From the NCBI RefSeq assembly GCF_001194135.2, contig NC_068991.1, positions 74,151,398 through 74,205,126 of the forward strand: a stretch of 53,729 nucleotides of DNA, given 5' to 3'. Origin of the DNA: Octopus bimaculoides (Eukaryota). Under the pieces are notes generated by a model, which worked only from the letters and a program-made list of their open reading frames with translations, made no database searches and was not told the DNA's origin. Below are positions 11,561-23,602 of the stretch, piece after piece. Within the stretch, counting starts at the first letter, position 1; every line of letters begins with the position of its first letter. A program made the translations under genes and the position numbers.

Positions 11561-11771
11561 TTTTCTCTTCACGTGTTTCATCAAAGATTTCCAAATCCAC
11601 ATCGGTTGGTGCTTTATCCAGAGCTGGGTAGGTGTTGAAGAGATTAGCCACAAACGCCAAGTTGAGTTTGTAATTGTGGTTCACAACATCATTGGGGGTA
11701 ATGAAACTGCGGCAACCAATCTTATCAGCTTCTTGTAACATATATTCGGCTCTTTTGTTTAGATCGTTCTC
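11561..11771 (-). CDS. PLS: Plastin exon (CH2 and linker)
   Basis: TAG acceptor, GTAGGT donor. Reads [70 protein letters not shown]; 211 nt. Confidence 0.97.
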
Positions 11772-12207
11772 CTAAAGACCAAAAAAAAAAAAAAAAAACA
11801 GCATAATTTTGGTGATAAAATCCAGTGAAAATCTAATGATATCGATTGAAGATTAAACTCTTTTGTTACTAAATATCTGTTGCTTCAAATCATTCCAGTA
11901 AAATTATTTTATCAATGTTAAATTGATATTTGGAAAGTTTTGCTTGCACCACATGGTGTCCTCCCCAGCAGACAGCTAATACAAAGGAGATAATTATTTC
12001 TTAATCACAATGTCGTAGTCCACCTGAGCAATATACACGGAAAATGATGCATGGACAATATACATTAAATGTTTTTTTTGTTGCTTACTCATTATGAAGG
12101 GCTTAAAATTTCTAATCAATGGTAATCATATGTGGCCCTACTTCACTTTTTACAGAAATCTTCAGCATGACATAACCCAAGCCATAACAAATAAATATTC
12201 ATCACTT

Positions 12208-12477
12208 CTATATTTAAGAGATGAGGAATTTATATACATTATTTACATTTCACAGGCATATGGCGTAGTGGTTAAGAGTGCGGGCTCCTAACCCCAAGAT
12301 TCCTAGTTCAATTCCAGGCAGTGACCTGAATAATAGCATTGATAAATACCTGAGGAATGAGAACCCAGGTTTGAAATTTCCCCAATACACCTGAAGAAGG
12401 CTGGAGAGTATATCAGCTGAAACATTGTGTTAACAACAAACAAGATGAGGACAAATAACAGTGAAATGTAAATAATG
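12208..12477 (+). mobile_element. tRNA-headed SINE-like element with hammerhead motif (copy 1), with inverted 3'-end copy upstream
   Basis: A box 12261-12271, B box 12305-12315. Flanked by direct repeat TAAATATTCATCACTT at 12192-12207 and 12478-12493. Confidence 0.78.
12387..12431 (+). ncRNA. Minimal type I hammerhead ribozyme motif
   Basis: ACAC-CUGAAGA-A-GGCUG-(10 nt)-CAGCU-GAAA-CAUU-GUGU; fits CUGANGA...GAAA. Confidence 0.55.
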
Positions 12478-12870
12478 TAAATATTCATCACTTTAAAGCA
12501 ATAAATCGGACTCAGACTGATTGATATCAAAAAGGTGGAAAGAAAACAGCTCAAGTTTGGTGACATCGTCACAGCCTTTGCCTCAAAACCAAAAGATAAC
12601 TTGGGAGCATGTCTCATGCTTTTGCTAACTGGTTTACATACGTTATGTTGTTATATATATGAGTAGATACTGTTGATAATTAGGTATATAAATAGATAGG
12701 TAGGTATATTGAATTTATGCTAAATTATATATTAAAACAATTTCGCTTTAAGCTGAAAGATAACTCAATACTTTTAGTAGAGGACATCAATAAGGATTTA
12801 CAAAGACAAGGTTGACAGTGATCTAAGAGTTTCTACTTGCTTACCTTTGTCAGAATATATATATATTCAC

Positions 12871-13075
12871 TTTTACTCTTTTACTTGTCTCAGTCATTTG
12901 ACTGCGGCCATGCTGGAGCACCGCCTTTAATCGAGCAAATCGACCCCAGGACTTATTCTTTGGAAGCCTAGTACTTATTCTATCGGTCTCTTTTTTCTTT
13001 TGCCGAACTGCTAAGTTATGGGGATGTAAACACACCAGCATCGATTGTCAAGCGATGGTGGGGGGACAAACACAG

Positions 13076-13106
<31 letters not shown>

Positions 13107-13256
13107 CAACGGGCTTCTTTTCAATTTCCGCCTACCAAATCCACTCACAAGGCTTTAGGTTATAGTAGAAGACACTTGCCCAAGGTGCCATGCAGTGGGG
13201 CTGAACCCGGAACCATGTGGTTGGTAAGTAAGTTACTTACCACACAGCCACTCCTA
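12871..13256 (-). mobile_element. SINE family A, near full length
   Basis: Matches other family A copies. Confidence 0.9.
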
Positions 13257-14060
13257 TATATGTGTATANNNNNNNNNNNNNNNNNNNNNNNNNNNNNNNN
13301 NNNNNNNNNNNNNNNNNNNNNNNNNNNNNNNNNNNNNNNNNNNNNNNNNNNNNNNNNNNNNNNNNNNNNNNNNNNNNNNNNNNNNNNNNNNNNNNNNNNN
13401 NNNNNNNNNNNNNNNNNNNNNNNNNNNNNNNNNNNNNNNNNNNNNNNNNNNNNNNNNNNNNNNNNNNNNNNNNNNNNNNNNNNNNNNNNNNNNNNNNNNN
13501 NNNNNNNNNNNNNNNNNNNNNNNNNNNNNNNNNNNNNNNNNNNNNNNNNNNNNNNNNNNNNNNNNNNNNNNNNNNNNNNNNNNNNNNNNNNNNNNNNNNN
13601 NNNNNNNNNNNNNNNNNNNNNNNNNNNNNNNNNNNNNNNNNNNNNNNNNNNNNNNNNNNNNNNNNNNNNNNNNNNNNNNNNNNNNNNNNNNNNNNNNNNN
13701 NNNNNNNNNNNNNNNNNNNNNNNNNNNNNNNTCCTAACACCAACCACTCCACAGAGTGGACTCAGTGCTTTTCACAGGGCACTAGCACAAGTAAAGTTAG
13801 TTTTGGCAAGATTTTTACAGCTAAATGTCCTTCCAGCCCAATGAATGAGGCAAGTAAGAGAGGAAAATCAAAATGTCTAGTTTTAAAAATTAGCAGGTTA
13901 AATATTTCTTTGAATCCATCAGTGATGTTGTTTGGACAATAAACCAGTCCTCTGTACCATACTGTCCTGGCTTGGATCCTATGCTTAATATACATCTTGT
14001 TTTTGTATTTTTGTGTGTGTGTGTAGTTTTAAAGCATGTGGCAGTAATGTAAAGACCTAC

Positions 14061-14135
14061 CTTTAGAGGATCAAGGGTGACACCATTTTCACGTGGAGAA
14101 ATTTGGTGCAATAAATAAGAGTAAGCCTCCGAGTC
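14061..14135 (-). CDS. PLS: Plastin exon (CH2)
   Basis: CAG acceptor, GTAGGT donor. Reads DSEAYSYLLHQISPRENGVTLDPLK; 75 nt, phase 0/0. Confidence 0.93.
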
Positions 14136-14303
14136 CTGAAAAAAATTAAAAAGGAAAAGAAAAAAATAATTAAGTCTTTTACAGCAGAAATCAGATAAAT
14201 CCACTTGAAATTTCATTATCCTCAACTGCAGAAGGCAGTTATATATACCAATCCATCTTTTGTTGAGGAATTTCAGATTTCAAACTATTTTTTGTTGAGA
14301 CAT

Positions 14304-14665
14304 CATCATCATTTAATGTCTGTTGTCCATGCTGGCATGGATTGGACAGTTTGACCAGGGCGGGTAAGCTAGAAGGCTGCACCAGACTCCAGTCTGATTT
14401 GGCTTGGTTTAGTACGGTTGGATGCCCTTCCTAATGCCAACCACTCCAAGAGTGTAATGGGTGCTTTCATGTGCCACCGGCATAGGTGCCATTTGCGTGA
14501 CACCGGTATCTGCCACGACTGTGATTTTGCTTGGCTTGAAGGGTCTTCTTCTCAAGCAAGACATAATGCCAAAGGTCTCGGTCATTGCCTCTGTGAGGCC
14601 CAACACTCAAAAGGAACTCGACCACTTTGCTCTATGAGGCTCAACGCTTGAAAGGAACTATCAAG
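14304..14665 (-). mobile_element. RTE LINE 3' fragment (ORF end and 3'UTR)
   Basis: LGLTEAMT peptide shared with 52460-52485, followed by the shared 3'UTR and an ATG/GAT tail. Confidence 0.8.
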
Positions 14666-15104
14666 TTTAATGACAATAAGGGTATGAGGCTGTTGAAAAT
14701 CAGCCTCAATAAACTTTATCCAACCCATACCAGCATGGAAAAGAGGATGGTAAAATGATGATAATGATGATGATGATATATGTGAGTCAGAGTATGTTTA
14801 TATGTGTGACAGTAACAAGATCTTTTTGGTCACAAGAGGGGAAAAAAGTCACACTTTACTCAAACTTCTCCCTTCAACTTGTGGAAACTATGGAAACCAA
14901 ATTGAAAAAAGAAGGAAGTTGAAGCTTGATATTGAATGAGATGAGAAATGCTGTGTTTCTTTGTTTTTCTTTGAAAGCACAATCACAACAGGAGTTGAGT
15001 CCTTGACCTAAAACAACATCTAAACCTATTGAAACATTGCCACACGCTGAATAAATAGAATAACAGAAACAAGAGGTTGTGTTTGTTTGTTCTTACTTGA
15101 AAAT

Positions 15105-15732
15105 AACAACAACAACAACAACAACAGCGGCAATATTTTCTACTGTAGGAACAAGGCCTGAAATTTTGGGGGAGGGGATTAGTCAATTAGATCGTCCCTC
15201 AGTGCATAACTGGTACTTATTTCATTGACCCTGAAAGGATGAAAGGCAAAGTTGACCTCCATGGAATTTGAACTCAGAACATAAAGAAGGACGAAATGCT
15301 GCTATGCAGTTTGCCCCGTGTGCTAAGAATTTAAGTTTTTTTAATTAACCATACATCATCCCATAGCTACAAAATCTGAAAACTGTAATTTTATATTTTA
15401 TAGAATGACCTTATAGGGTAGGTGTGAGAGATCAGATCTGGCCAGTTTGAACATAGAAAGGACAGAATATTTGAGCAGAATATGGCCAGTTTAGTCCTTA
15501 GCCATCACATTATTCTGTCAAAAGTAATGCTTATTTAGGCGGCAAGCTGGGCGAAATGCTTAGCAGTATTTCTTCTGTCTTTATGTTCTGAGTTCAAATT
15601 CCACCGAAGCCGACTTGGCCTTTCATCCTTTTGGGATCGATAAATTAAGTACCAGTTGCATACTGGAGTTGATTTAATTGACTGGCCCCCTCTCCCCAAA
15701 ATTTTGGGCCTTGTGCCTAAAATAGAAAAGAG
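15105..15732. mobile_element. Head-to-head SINE family C pair (- 15105-15330; + 15536-15732) around a piggyBac-like MITE fragment
   Basis: Family C motifs in opposite orientations. Confidence 0.8.
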
Positions 15733-15949
15733 AAGTAATGCTCATTTATTCACATTGGTTTGAATTAATTATGCATTATTTTGTAGCTTTAAGATTTTGA
15801 AGAAGTAACTGAATTTTTTAGAGTGATATTGTTGAGCCGGTGTCCAAAACCAGATCTGGCCAGTTTGAACATAAAACTGGTAGAACAGTCTGGCCAGATA
15901 TGGTCATTTTAAATGCTAAAGAATCAATAAATGGAAAATCTTTACAAAC

Positions 15950-16135
15950 CTTTATGTCCTCAGCAAGATTGTTGATCTGCAGATTGGCACCAGCATTTCT
16001 CAGGTGATAGTTTACCCAACGCACCAATATTTGTTCGGGTGTCAACTTCTGTAAGTCTTCAGGATCCTCGTTTTCTCCCAAAAGTAGAACCAGGCCAGGG
16101 TGATGCTTCAAGTCAATGTCACTCAAAAGACCAAT
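15950..16135 (-). CDS. PLS: Plastin exon (CH1-CH2)
   Basis: TAG acceptor, GTTTGT donor. Reads IGLLSDIDLKHHPGLVLLLGENEDPEDLQKLTPEQILVRWVNYHLRNAGANLQINNLAEDIK. Confidence 0.96.
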
Positions 16136-16344
16136 CTAAAAAAAAAAAGCACACAATTTTTAAAATTACATCTGCTTCAAGGTTTTATCAAAACTACACA
16201 AAACATATCACACACATACACACAGGTGGATCACAGTCACTTCCAATGATGAGTCACCAGTTTTCTTCTATCATTCTTTTATCACTGTGGCCATGCTGGG
16301 GCACTGTTTCGAAGGGTTTTAGCAGAACCAGTTTGACACCGCTA

Positions 16345-16640
16345 ATTCATCAGTATCATCATCCATCATTTTGAATCCGGGTTTCGTCCCCGTTAACGAG
16401 GGTGGCTGGATTTAACTTCAATGCAATAGCAACCCCCCTCACACCATCTCGCCTGGTTTTGGGTGTCCTCCCTTCTCAAACTAACCCTCCCAATCTCCTC
16501 CTCCACCTGTCCCCTCCACATTTTACTCGGTCTACCTTGCTTTCACCATCCATTCACCTCGCTGCCAATAGTGAAGATGCTGTCTTTGACCTGACTCAGT
16601 AGCTGAGCACACTAGGTTATCACTGCAGAAGGTGTCACCA
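16345..16640 (-). mobile_element. Second RTE family, 3' end
   Basis: Minus strand reads GRPSKMWRGQVEEEIGRVSLRREDTQNQARWCEG...NPAT, ending in a GAT-type tail. Second copy at about 39110-39280. Confidence 0.75.
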
Positions 16641-16887
16641 CTTGTGGCAGCCCAGATGAGAGGCCTACCACCATGGAATAGAAAAACTGTCATGTCGTCT
16701 GGCCTTTTCCTTTCGCCTCAGTCCAGCTGGTTTGAGCTGAGAATGGAAGCCAACAGCATCCAGGCCATGCTTTATGATCTTACTGTTTTCTTTTTCAGCC
16801 CATCTTTATGACTCCTGCGCACCCCCAAGACAAATTTCAAAGGCAAAACTGAATAATAATAATAATAATAATAATAACAAGACTCAC

Positions 16888-17095
16888 TCTAATAACTTGC
16901 CACAGCAATCCAAGAATCAGATGCTGAGTCCCCTCCTGAATGTCTTCCGCACCGATGTTGACAATGTTGCAACCAATGGACCTAGCAGAATTTAGTGCCA
17001 ACACCAAGTTCTCATGTTTGCGATAGACATTTGGATTGTTTTTGTTGATTCCTCTTTCGTCGATTGTGTCTGGACAGGTTATGTTGATGAGTTTA
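16888..17095 (-). CDS. PLS: Plastin exon (CH1); absent from the supplied ORF track
   Basis: CAG acceptor, GTGAGT donor. Reads (C)[69 protein letters not shown]; 208 nt. Confidence 0.97.
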
Positions 17096-17280
17096 CTGAA
17101 AGAGAAAATATACGTTAAACAATGACAACCAATTCAATTTTTCCCCCCTTTTTTTTAAAAAACATTTTATTTTTCAGCCAGGAGAAGAGAGCAACAGCTT
17201 AGACCCTAGACACTGCTCGTCAAGTGATGATGATGGTGAGCAGAGACCCCCACAAACTATGAATATATGAACAGACACCT

Positions 17281-17400
17281 ATGGGGGCTGAAAAGTTCCT
17301 GGTTTTGGGTAAAACAAAATAGAACAGGATCATCAGTTAATTATGATTTTATTCAAGATATCCCCTCTCAGATTCACACACTTATTGCTAAGTTCTCAAT
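17281..17400. mobile_element. Mariner-derived MITE fragment
   Basis: GGGGGCTGAAAAGTTCCTGG end; minus strand NKCVNLRGD. Confidence 0.6.
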
Positions 17401-17838
17401 TTCCATCATCATTTTCTGTTTGTGTTCCCATCTGGCATGAGTTGACATTTCAATGGGACCTAAAGGATCAAAGGCTCACATCTTGCTCCAATCCCTCAGT
17501 TTCTGTACGGTTTTCATGGCTGGATGCCCTTTCTAACACCAACCACTTTACAGGGAGTACTAGGTACATTTTTAAAGGCACCAGCACAATAGGGGTAGCT
17601 TTACCTCTGGCAAGACTAAAGAGCCCCGTAAAGCTATGGATAGTCAGTCATTGATTTTATTTACCAGCACATATTCAGAGTGTTCTGGGGTTTTATTTTT
17701 ATGGCACCAGCACTGGTGGGGGTTACCATGTGGCTTGTAAGGCCCAATGTATCCTTGCATGAGGCAAAAGCCCAGTAAAGGGCTCACCAACCCTTTAGAG
17801 GAAGGACATATACCAATAATATTTTATATATTATATAT

Positions 17839-17985
17839 TTTTTTATATAAGGGCATTACTATACATGAATGCCTCACACTAAGAGGGTCTCTAAGGTCAA
17901 ACTACCATAATAAACACGTGTTTATTATGGTAGTTTGACTCTTAGCGTGAGGCATTCATGTATAGTAATGCCCTTATATAAAAAA
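17839..17985. repeat. Spacer-less palindrome centred on CACGTG (17917/17918)
   Basis: Arms match apart from one substitution and an insertion of about 10 nt in the left arm. Confidence 0.9.
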
Positions 17986-18079
17986 GAATATATTTTGGGG
18001 AATAAATGGATTTTTCCCTTATGAGGTTTTTTTCACGCTAGCTACTTAATAAATTCTTATAAAAGAATTCATCCTATTA

Positions 18080-18130
<51 letters not shown>

Positions 18131-18238
18131 AACATATATTTAAAAATACATAGCCATATACTTATGCATACACACATGCACACACACACACACACACACA
18201 CACATGTATCTCTCCATCCAAAAGTGGCCACCACTCAC

Positions 18239-18334
18239 CATAGTAGGATGCCATCGGCCATTTTCTTATAAAGATCATCAGATTCTGGATTAAGTGGCAG
18301 GTAGGGTTTACATTCTGGATCCCTGCTAAGGTTT
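18239..18334 (-). CDS. PLS: Plastin exon (CH1 start); in a different frame from the ORF track
   Basis: Reads (S)NLSRDPECKPYLPLNPESDDLYKKMADGILL(C); GTGAGT donor. The G of the acceptor is probably 18335, with the rest in gap 18336-18459. Phases match both neighbouring exons. Confidence 0.92.
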
Positions 18335-18471
18335 CNNNNNNNNNNNNNNNNNNNNNNNNNNNNNNNNNNNNNNNNNNNNNNNNNNNNNNNNNNNNNNNNN
18401 NNNNNNNNNNNNNNNNNNNNNNNNNNNNNNNNNNNNNNNNNNNNNNNNNNNNNNNNNNNATATATTTTTTT

Positions 18472-18850
18472 AATCTTTTACTTGTTTCAGGCATTAAACT
18501 GTGGCCATGCTGGGGCAGAGCCTTGAAGGGTTTCACTAAACAAATCTACACCAGAACTTATTTTTTTAAAGTCTGGTACTTATTCTATCAGTCTCTTTGT
18601 CAAACTGCTAAGTTAAGAAACACAAACATGAGTTATCAAGCAGTGGGGAGGGGACAGTTTCAAACACAAACACACACACACATGCATGCGACTGGCTTCC
18701 ACACACTTTCGGTTGACCAAATTCACTCGTAATGTATTGGGTGACACAAGGCTATAGTAAAAGACAATTGCCTGAGGTGCTGTGCAGTGGGATTGAACTT
18801 GAAACCATATGACTGCAAGTTTGCACAGAAAGCTCAACCACAGAGCTGTG
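18472..18850 (-). mobile_element. SINE family A, diverged
   Basis: Family A motifs. Confidence 0.8.
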
Positions 18851-19124
18851 TGTCTGCACCCCCTTTGCACAATGGGTAAGTTTGAATTTCCTTTTAGCAG
18901 ACAGGAAAGGCTACAAAGTTGGAACATATCAGTACTGTCGTATCATTTAACAAGAGAGAGAGAGAGCTTTCTGGATACGAAACCATTCCATATAGGAGGG
19001 ATAATATGTAGGGGGAGGGGGACGAAATGGTTGGAGTGAATATAGAAATGATACACAAATACACTGCTGCTCTCCCAGAACTCAGATGTGCTGATGTAGG
19101 TGGGTTTTCTCAAGAACCAGGCAT

Positions 19125-19383
19125 CAGAGTCGTGGAGTTGGAGTCAGAAACAATTAAGGGGTAACTGGAGTCAGAGTTGGAGTCAGTAAAACTATACCGA
19201 CTTCGACTCACAATATCTTTATTCTTTGATATAAACCGGTTATAACATGTAGGCCTACTCAAAGTACAAGCATATGCATATGTGTTTATGAGATATGTAG
19301 ACCACAATCATCACTTGATTACATAAAGAGGAGTCAGAATCGAAGTCGGAGTCAAAGTCTTTTGTTTCGACTCCACAGACCTG
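19125..19383. mobile_element. Probable hAT-type MITE with GGAGTC subterminal repeats
   Basis: Ends CAGAGTCGTGGAGT / ACTCCACAGACCTG; many (G)GAGTC copies; no clear TSD. Confidence 0.55.
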
Positions 19384-19389
19384 TCAAGA

Positions 19390-19760
19390 GCCTCATCATA
19401 TTGCCTGACATCTTGGTCCATTGTCATCTCCTCCACGAAGCCCAACATCTCCAGATCAGCCCTCACTACTTCCCCCCCATTTCATCCTGAGTCTCCCTCT
19501 TCTGCAGGTTTCATCCACTTTCAGCAATCGGCCCTTCTTTATACAAATGTCCTCCTTCATACGCATCACATGACCAAACCAATGTAGTTTTCTCTCTTGC
19601 ATAATACATCTGATTCCTCTCCTGTCTAACTTTTCTCTCAACACATTTGCACTTTGCCATACATGTGCACTGATGTTGCACATCCACTGGAGCATACTAG
19701 CTTCAATCCTCTCCTTGAATGCAAGTCCTCCAGAGCCATTTGTACACAACTATCATGCAA
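19390..19760 (-). mobile_element. Decayed RTE LINE ORF C-terminus
   Basis: MLQWMCNIS...LREKLDRRGIRCIMQERKLHWFGHVMRMKEDICIKK...GRLRMKW; homologous to 52290-52539. Confidence 0.85.
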
Positions 19761-19869
19761 TCTGACTTTCACTCACCGAGAGAGAGGCCATTTGTTGTCA
19801 TCGGAGGTAACGTAACGATACATACCATACACAACACACCATACATACATAACACACATAACAAATAAA

Positions 19870-20100
19870 TAAAGTCTATTTGCCAACGTAAAGTGGCAGG
19901 TCTGCTTAGGATGATGTTACTACTGTTTAGCCCCAGGAAAACATCTTTTCCAGTTGGCTACCAACACATCATCTGTGTCTGTATACTGTGAGCACAGATA
20001 ATGTATCGGTAGCCAACTGGAAAAGAGGTTTTCCTGGGGCTAAACAGTAGTAACATCTTCCTAAGCAGACCTGCCACTTTACGTTGGTAAACAGACCTTA
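19870..20100. mobile_element. Fold-back MITE with about 100-bp arms, TA-flanked
   Basis: Arms GTCTATTTGCCAACGTAAAGTGGCAGGTCTGCTTAGG... and their near-exact reverse complement; TA at both outer ends. Confidence 0.8.
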
Positions 20101-20751
20101 CTCTGCAGTACTGTTACTACATATTTCTCACTCAGAGATATAAAACTAGTTGGTCTTCTCTCTTTATATATACACAACTAGGATCTCTTAAAGTTAACTG
20201 AAACCTCTTAAAGGCAGGACTTCAGAATGGCCACAATCCAATGCCTGAAATCAATATGTGAATGTGTGTACAAGTAAAGTAATATCACAGGCTAAGTGCA
20301 GCCAGGCCAGCACCAATGAAATTGAATCTGCAGCTTCATTAAATGACATTGCATATTTATGGCAATGACAAAAAGCTCGTCTTCCTTCCATTAATCAGTC
20401 GACGAGGCCAAATACACCATCTCTATTACAGATAAGTTTACAAAACTGATTAAAACAAAAAAAAAACAAGAACGAAAATAAATGAATAAAACTGGAAGGA
20501 CGTTTTAGCATAATGAATTTAATTACTGAAAAGATAAAAAAAAAAAAAACCACACAACAGGACTTAATTAAATAATAACACCAATTATAACCCTCTTTGT
20601 CCTCTGCCCCCACTTCATCCTGCACAGCCTGAAATTCCATTCATCAGCAAAGACAAAGGAGACTAATTGGACATAAGTATTTCTCCAATGTGGTTTTACT
20701 TTGATGTTTTGCTTTATTTGTTCTTGTGAAATGTTACTATTTTGCATGTCG

Positions 20752-20965
20752 GGAGCTGAGCTGGCAGAACTGTTAGCACAGCGGACATAATGCTTAGCAG
20801 CATTTCTTGCAGCCTTATATTCTCAGTTCAAATCCTGCCAAAGTCGATTTTGCCTTTTATCCTTTCAGGGTCAATAAAAGAAGTACCAGTTGTGCACTGG
20901 GGATCAATGTAATCAACTAGCTCCCTTCCCGAAAATTTCAGGCTTTGTGCCTTTAGAAGAAAGAA
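20752..20965 (+). mobile_element. SINE family C
   Basis: GAGCTGGCAGAA..TTAGCA head and AGTTCAAATCC box. Confidence 0.8.
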
Positions 20966-21000
20966 TATTGCTCTTTGTGGTGTAAGTATGTATGTATGTA

Positions 21001-21185
21001 TTTTATTTGTTTCAGTTATTTGACTGCGGTCATGCTGGAGCACTGCCTTTTAGTCGAACAAATCAACCCAAGGACTTATTCTTTGTAAGCCTAGTACTTA
21101 TTTTATCGGCCTCTTCTGCCAAACCACTAAGTTACGGGGGACGTAAACACACCAGCATCAGTTGTCAAGCAATGGTGGGGGACAA

Positions 21186-21216
<31 letters not shown>

Positions 21217-21385
21217 CACACATGAAGGGCTTCTTTCAGTTTCCGTCTACCAAATTCATTCACAAGGCTTTGGTCAGCCAGACACTATAGTAGAAGACAC
21301 GCGCCCAAAGTGCCACGCAGTGGGACTGAACCTGGAACCATGTGGTTGGTAAACAAGCTACTTACCACAAAGCCACTCCTGCGCC
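21001..21385 (-). mobile_element. SINE family A, near full length
   Basis: Family A motifs. Confidence 0.9.
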
Positions 21386-21851
21386 TATATGTATGTATGA
21401 GCCAAATACTTCAAACCCACATACTTCTTGTTCTTCCCCCATTCAATTCTAGTCACATGATACCTCATCACCCCTATTTTATCTCTTTCCAGCTCCACCT
21501 GGTTAATCCCAACATTTCTCTTAAAATGTGAGTAGCCATATAACTTGTCTACAGCAAGGGGCCTGGTCTATTTTGGACCCTTCTCTCATACTTTAACCCA
21601 GTGATTCTAAACCATTTTTTCCATCTTTGGACCCCTTTGATTTCTATTTTCCTCTGGTTGACACCAAAAAAAAAAAAAAAAAAAGTACTGACATAGATTC
21701 ATTCGACTGAGCATTTTAAGACAGTGCTCCAGTATGACCACAGTCCTCTGAGTGAAACAAGTAAAAGATAAAAAAGATTCTATGCAGCTTTCTAAGGACT
21801 CTGCAGATCCAATTCCTTGACCTTACGTTTAAATATAGAAAGAAAACTTAC

Positions 21852-22021
21852 GAGTTGATCCATTCAGAAAAGGCAACTTGTTCTGCTGTGCGTACAGAGT
21901 GGGTGGTCCCTGCACTGGAGGCTGTTGTTCGTCCGCCATGTGTACAGATTCCCTCTCGGCGTTGTACTTGTTTCTTAAACAGGATTCCTAGATCTTTATT
22001 TTTTTTCAGTTCAAGATATAA
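21852..22021 (-). CDS. PLS: Plastin exon (headpiece-ABD1 linker)
   Basis: CAG acceptor, GTAAGT donor. Reads LYLELKKNKDLGILFKKQVQRREGICTHGGRTTASSAGTTHSVRTAEQVAFSEWIN. Confidence 0.96.
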
Positions 22022-22129
22022 CTGGGGAAAGAAGAAAATAGAAATTAAATTAAAATAGAATTTTAAACAAAAATTAAAATTATTCTTGCAATGGCTTTGA
22101 ATACATTTGAATTTACGAACAACAAATAC

Positions 22130-22345
22130 TGGTGGCATGTAAAAAGCACCCACTACACCCTTGGAATGGTTGGCGTTAGGAGGGGCATCCAGCTATAAAA
22201 ACCTTGCCAGATCAGACTGGAGCCAGCCAGTCCTCAGTCAAGCTTGCCAGTCCTCAGTCTTGGCTTGCCAGTCCTCAGTCAAGCTGTCCAAACCATGCCA
22301 GTAAGGAAAATGGATGTTAAACAACGATGGTGACGATGATGATCT
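22130..22345 (+). mobile_element. RTE 3'UTR fragment with internal triplication of GCCAGTCCTCAGTC
   Basis: Family motifs, plus three tandem copies at about 22227-22281. Confidence 0.8.
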
Positions 22346-22614
22346 CACACCAAGTTGTGTACCTCTGGAAGACAACACTTTTTGTCAGTCACCAGACGAT
22401 ATCCTTTCCTTAGGGTCAACGGGCGAGCATAGGGGACAGCATCTCACAGATTCATGTCAAAAGTTGACAAGAGGGGACTGTCCTAATAACAAATTCAGTT
22501 GGCTATAATGAGGGGTGATGTAATATTACAGAGAAAGGCCTGTGAAGGTCATAGAAGAAGGGGACAGGCATAGGCTAATCTTTCTATATTTCATTCTCGA
22601 ATTTGTTGGTGTGT

Positions 22615-22616
<2 letters not shown>

Positions 22617-22696
<80 letters not shown>
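22617..22696. repeat. (CA)n microsatellite
   Basis: Pure CA run. Confidence 0.95.
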
Positions 22697-22700
<4 letters not shown>

Positions 22701-23602
22701 CTTTGGACTAACTTCAATTACTTATTGAAATTGGACTGACTCCTCTTTGCAAGCATTTGGGCCCAGGAAGGTCAAGTAATGGAAACAGGTTTGGATATAA
22801 GTAATTGGAGAGGCAGGAAGGAAGGGGGGGGGGAGAAAGACAAAGAGACCAGAAGAGAGGATTAATGAGAAAGAAGGGGGGAAGGGGAAGGAACAAGAGT
22901 GCAAATGTGAACAAGGGATGGCACAAAAGGGCAAGGGTGACCATGAGAAAAGGTTAAGAGATGGAGAGAAAAAGAGAGGGATAGAGAGAGAGAGACAGAG
23001 ACAGACAGATCAGTAATAGACATCATTTAAAAATATCTCCTCCACCCCCAACTGTAAATGATAAACATAAATAAGCTGTGCTGGTCATATTTTTACATAA
23101 TTATCAATGTCTGTTTATCTAAGAACTTTCAAAAGTAGGTCAAGTAATGTAGGTCAACAGTGTTAAGAAAGTTATATGTTTAGACAGGCAAGGAAGAGAG
23201 GGTGGGTGGGGTTCCTCTGGTCTTTGGTAAAAAGAATAAATAAATTCAGTGGTAAAATAAAAATTCTGTATGTAGAGCTTGTGATATTTGCAGTTCTTAT
23301 GCTGTTCAGTCCCAGATCATCCCACAGAGCAGACCCATAACCAGAGACAATCCTTACGATTGCAAGCCTGATGATCTAACCATTGAGCCATGCGCCTTCA
23401 CCAATAGAGACATGTTAAATATGTCATAAATGAAGATTTTAATCACTTAATTAGAATGATAATTTCATTGTTCTCTTTAAATCTCCCCACAAAGCAGTTA
23501 CTCTACCCTTAGGAGAAACACTGAACAAGGATGAAATAAAATAAGAGAAAGAGAAAAAAAATACTGCTGGACACAGCTTTTATTAAAGAAAGTGATAGTT
23601 AC

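Noticed and set aside
12255-12325. tRNA gene (also 30770-30838 and SINE A, C and D heads)
   Set aside because: A and B boxes are present, but I could not build a full cloverleaf with an acceptor stem, and each continues into a repeat body.
6692-21385. Orientation bias of SINE A within plastin introns (5 of 6 on the minus strand)
   Set aside because: Too few copies to be meaningful.
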